DNA of 63,578 bases, the filler included, from a bacterium (GTDB taxonomy: Bacteria; JBBIVP01): NCBI GenBank assembly GCA_037439705.1. It is 3 parts of 3 records of this genome, joined end to end, with 100 filler letters (N's around TTAATTAATTAA, not from the genome) between each part and the next. Parts side by side here need not be neighbours in the genome. Positions count along the whole stretch, not along the records: positions 44,786 to 63,578 come from JBBIVP010000018.1; 2 more parts are not named here. One strand, written 5' to 3'. Position numbers and translations under genes: made by a program. The stretch's first letter is position 1; each line of letters opens with the position of its first letter. Positions 61,301 to 63,578 of the stretch are shown piece by piece. The notes under the pieces were generated by a model. The model was given only the letters and a program-made list of their open reading frames with translations. It was not told the DNA's origin and did no database searches.

Positions 61301-63578
61301 ACACCTCCATATTCATTCCTGTGGGATTCCCAGAACTATTCTTCTCCAGGAACATATAATGTCATTCTTTCAGTTGTTGATACAAACTCCTGTCCACCTG
61401 AACCACTTACTGCTACATCAGCAGTTTCTATAAGGCTTCCTCCTCAAGCCCTTTTCACATCAGATTCGCCACAGTGTTTTCATGATGGCTATGAAAATAG
61501 AATTCCCATCAATTTTACAGACCTGTCATCTTCCTCTTATGCACCAATAGTTTCATATCTTTGGGATTTTGGAGACCCATTTACATCAGAAGATTCATCA
61601 AGTGAAAGAAATCCAAATTATATTTATACAAATCCTGGAAATTACACGGCAAGTCTTTTGATTGAAGACTTTTATGGGTGTTTTGATATCTATTCATCAT
61701 CGGTTACTGTTTTCAACAATCCCGTTGCACAATTTTTAGCAACAACCTCTCAGTGCCTCTCACTTCCTGTTCAGTTTACAGATAATTCATCAGGGACTGG
61801 CTTATCATACCTTTATAACTTTGGAGACTCATATACATCAACGGAATCCTCTCCATCACATCTGTACCCATCTCCAGGCACATATACCCCTTCACTCCTC
61901 GTAAGGGACACAAACCTCTGTGAGGATTATTATTCATCATTGATATCCATCATAAATCCTGCTGACGCAGGAGCGGATGGATGGGTATATACATCTCTAT
62001 GCATTCAGATTGGAAGCCCTCCACAGGCAGATTTTTCATACCTCTGGACATCCTCCCCCTCTGACCCTTCTCTTTCCTCTCAAGAAAACCTCGCCCAGCC
62101 AACTATTTGCCCATATACTACAACCAATTACACCTTAAGCGCCACATCTCCGTCTGGGTGTTATGGAACGGACAGCGTTTTAATAAGCGTCTTCATATAT
62201 GTCTCATACATTTACCCTGAATCAGGAACAACCGTTAACTGGACAAACAGAAAGATGCTCATTTCCTTCAGTGAGCCAATGTCTTCATCAACAATAAACA
62301 CAACAAGCATAAAACTCATTAAGATAGACCCAACTACAGGGGATGAAACAGAGATAACAGGAAGTGTTCAATACGATGATAGGACAAGAACAGCAATTTT
62401 TACACCATCATCTTCCCTTGAACAGAGTGGACTTTATGAGGTAAGGGTTTTTTCAGACCCTTCAACTGGAGTAAGAAGCGTATATGATAACCTTTTAAAA
62501 GAAGACTTCTTTTCATCCTTTGATGTGTCATCAACTGCCACCCCTGATACATCACCTCCATCCCTTCTTGTCTATTCCCCAACAGGAACAGATGCTCCAA
62601 TCAATGCGAGCATTTATGCTGTATTCAATGAAATAGTTAACCCATTGACTGTTAATGAATCAACATTTTATGTAATAAAAGAGGGTTCATCAACCCCAAT
62701 AACTGCAACAGTTACCCACGATATTCTGTCAAAAACAATTTTTCTTACTCCTGCAACCGATTTCTCACCAACAACCACCTATTATGTTTACATTTCAGGA
62801 ATAAGTGACCTTGCTGGAAATCTCGCAAACCTTCCATCACCAGCCTGGCAATTCACAACCGGTTCACTTCCTGATACAATTCCACCTGAGATTATTTCAG
62901 TATTTCCACTAAATGGCTCAACAGCAGACCCAACCACATCAATCTATGCATATTTTTCAGAGGCAATTGATTCCTCAACCATTAATACAACAACTTTCAA
63001 ACTATTTGATGAAAACGGAAATGAAATATCAGGGAAGATAACCTACGATTCAATCAATTACATAGCTACTTTTACCCCAAATAACTACCTTGAGGGATGG
63101 ACGACATATACAGCCTATATTGATGGTGTAAAGGATTTAGCAGGAAATCCAATGACATCCCCTTATATATGGACATTCGCAGCAAGTTCTCCTGCATGGG
63201 AGCCAGGGGATGACCCATCAAACTATGAGTTTCAGAATATATGCCCAATAGGAAATGAAACTCTTCCAGGTGATGAATTGTGGGTTGAGGATTATAATGA
63301 TTACTATTCAGCACCATTTAGCTGGGCTTATAATGTCATATCTGGACCATCTTCAGTAGACAATGATTGTTATTTTGGCTCAAATACATTTATAGATTTA
63401 TCAAACTATTCAAACTATGCGAAGCTCTCATTCTATCAGAAACGCTACTTAAGAAGTGGAGACTACGGTTATGTTGAGGTATCCCTTGATGGGACAAACT
63501 GGACGACGATTGCAACATTTGGAGGTATAAACACAGTCTGGAGGAAAACGGAGGTTGACCTTTCTTCATATATAGGAG
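58397..63578 (+). CDS. Giant surface lipoprotein: PKD/Ig-like repeats, three Big_5(SbsA)-like domains, then a jelly-roll-like domain; in-frame TAA at 59306-59308; runs off window
   Basis: Lipobox-like IIGC; many WDFGDG/GGxxPY/GC repeats; FSEP, DLAGN, WQFTT; frame read manually as open from 59309 to the end. Confidence 0.85.

Noticed and set aside
1-63578. CRISPR arrays, IS elements, rRNA, riboswitches and the many short antisense ORFs in the track
   Set aside because: No spaced direct repeats, transposase or recognisable structured leaders seen by eye; antisense ORFs are shadows of Lys/Glu-rich genes

Overview
AT-rich (my impression roughly mid-30s %GC, not computed) bacterial draft/MAG sequence with a Glu/Lys-rich, thermophile-like proteome and some Myxococcota/Desulfobacterota-type genes (TIGR02266-like PilZ, FrzS-like pseudo-receiver); taxonomy is inferred, not established. 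The window is three separate scaffolds joined by artificial N...TTAATTAATTAA...N linkers (22476-22575, 44686-44785), plus several internal N gaps that create false gene splits. Most content is housekeeping/metabolic (prfB, metH, lsrF-like, fsa/tal, tRNA-Pro, methylmalonyl-CoA mutase, ppdK, acyl-CoA carboxylase, rluD, gmhA, trmB, queA, holB, tmk, rnc, mtaB, mnmA, larA-family). Most notable: (1) at least nine genes, mostly operon-first, have a -10 box 6-8 nt upstream of ATG and no Shine-Dalgarno, suggesting pervasive leaderless translation; (2) a >1700-aa PKD/Ig-like lipoprotein missed by the ORF track and interrupted by one in-frame TAA, with a second in-frame TAA in holB; (3) a CxxC-CxxC zinc-ribbon insertion inside PPDK; (4) a decaying m4C-type R-M island and an attC-like remnant; (5) an MNT-HEPN fusion pseudogene with both active sites deleted; (6) a tandem-PilZ gene apparently starting at ATA behind a FrzS-like gene; (7) a ceramide-synthase-like GNAT paired with a glycosyltransferase. 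No CRISPR array, rRNA or transposase seen.
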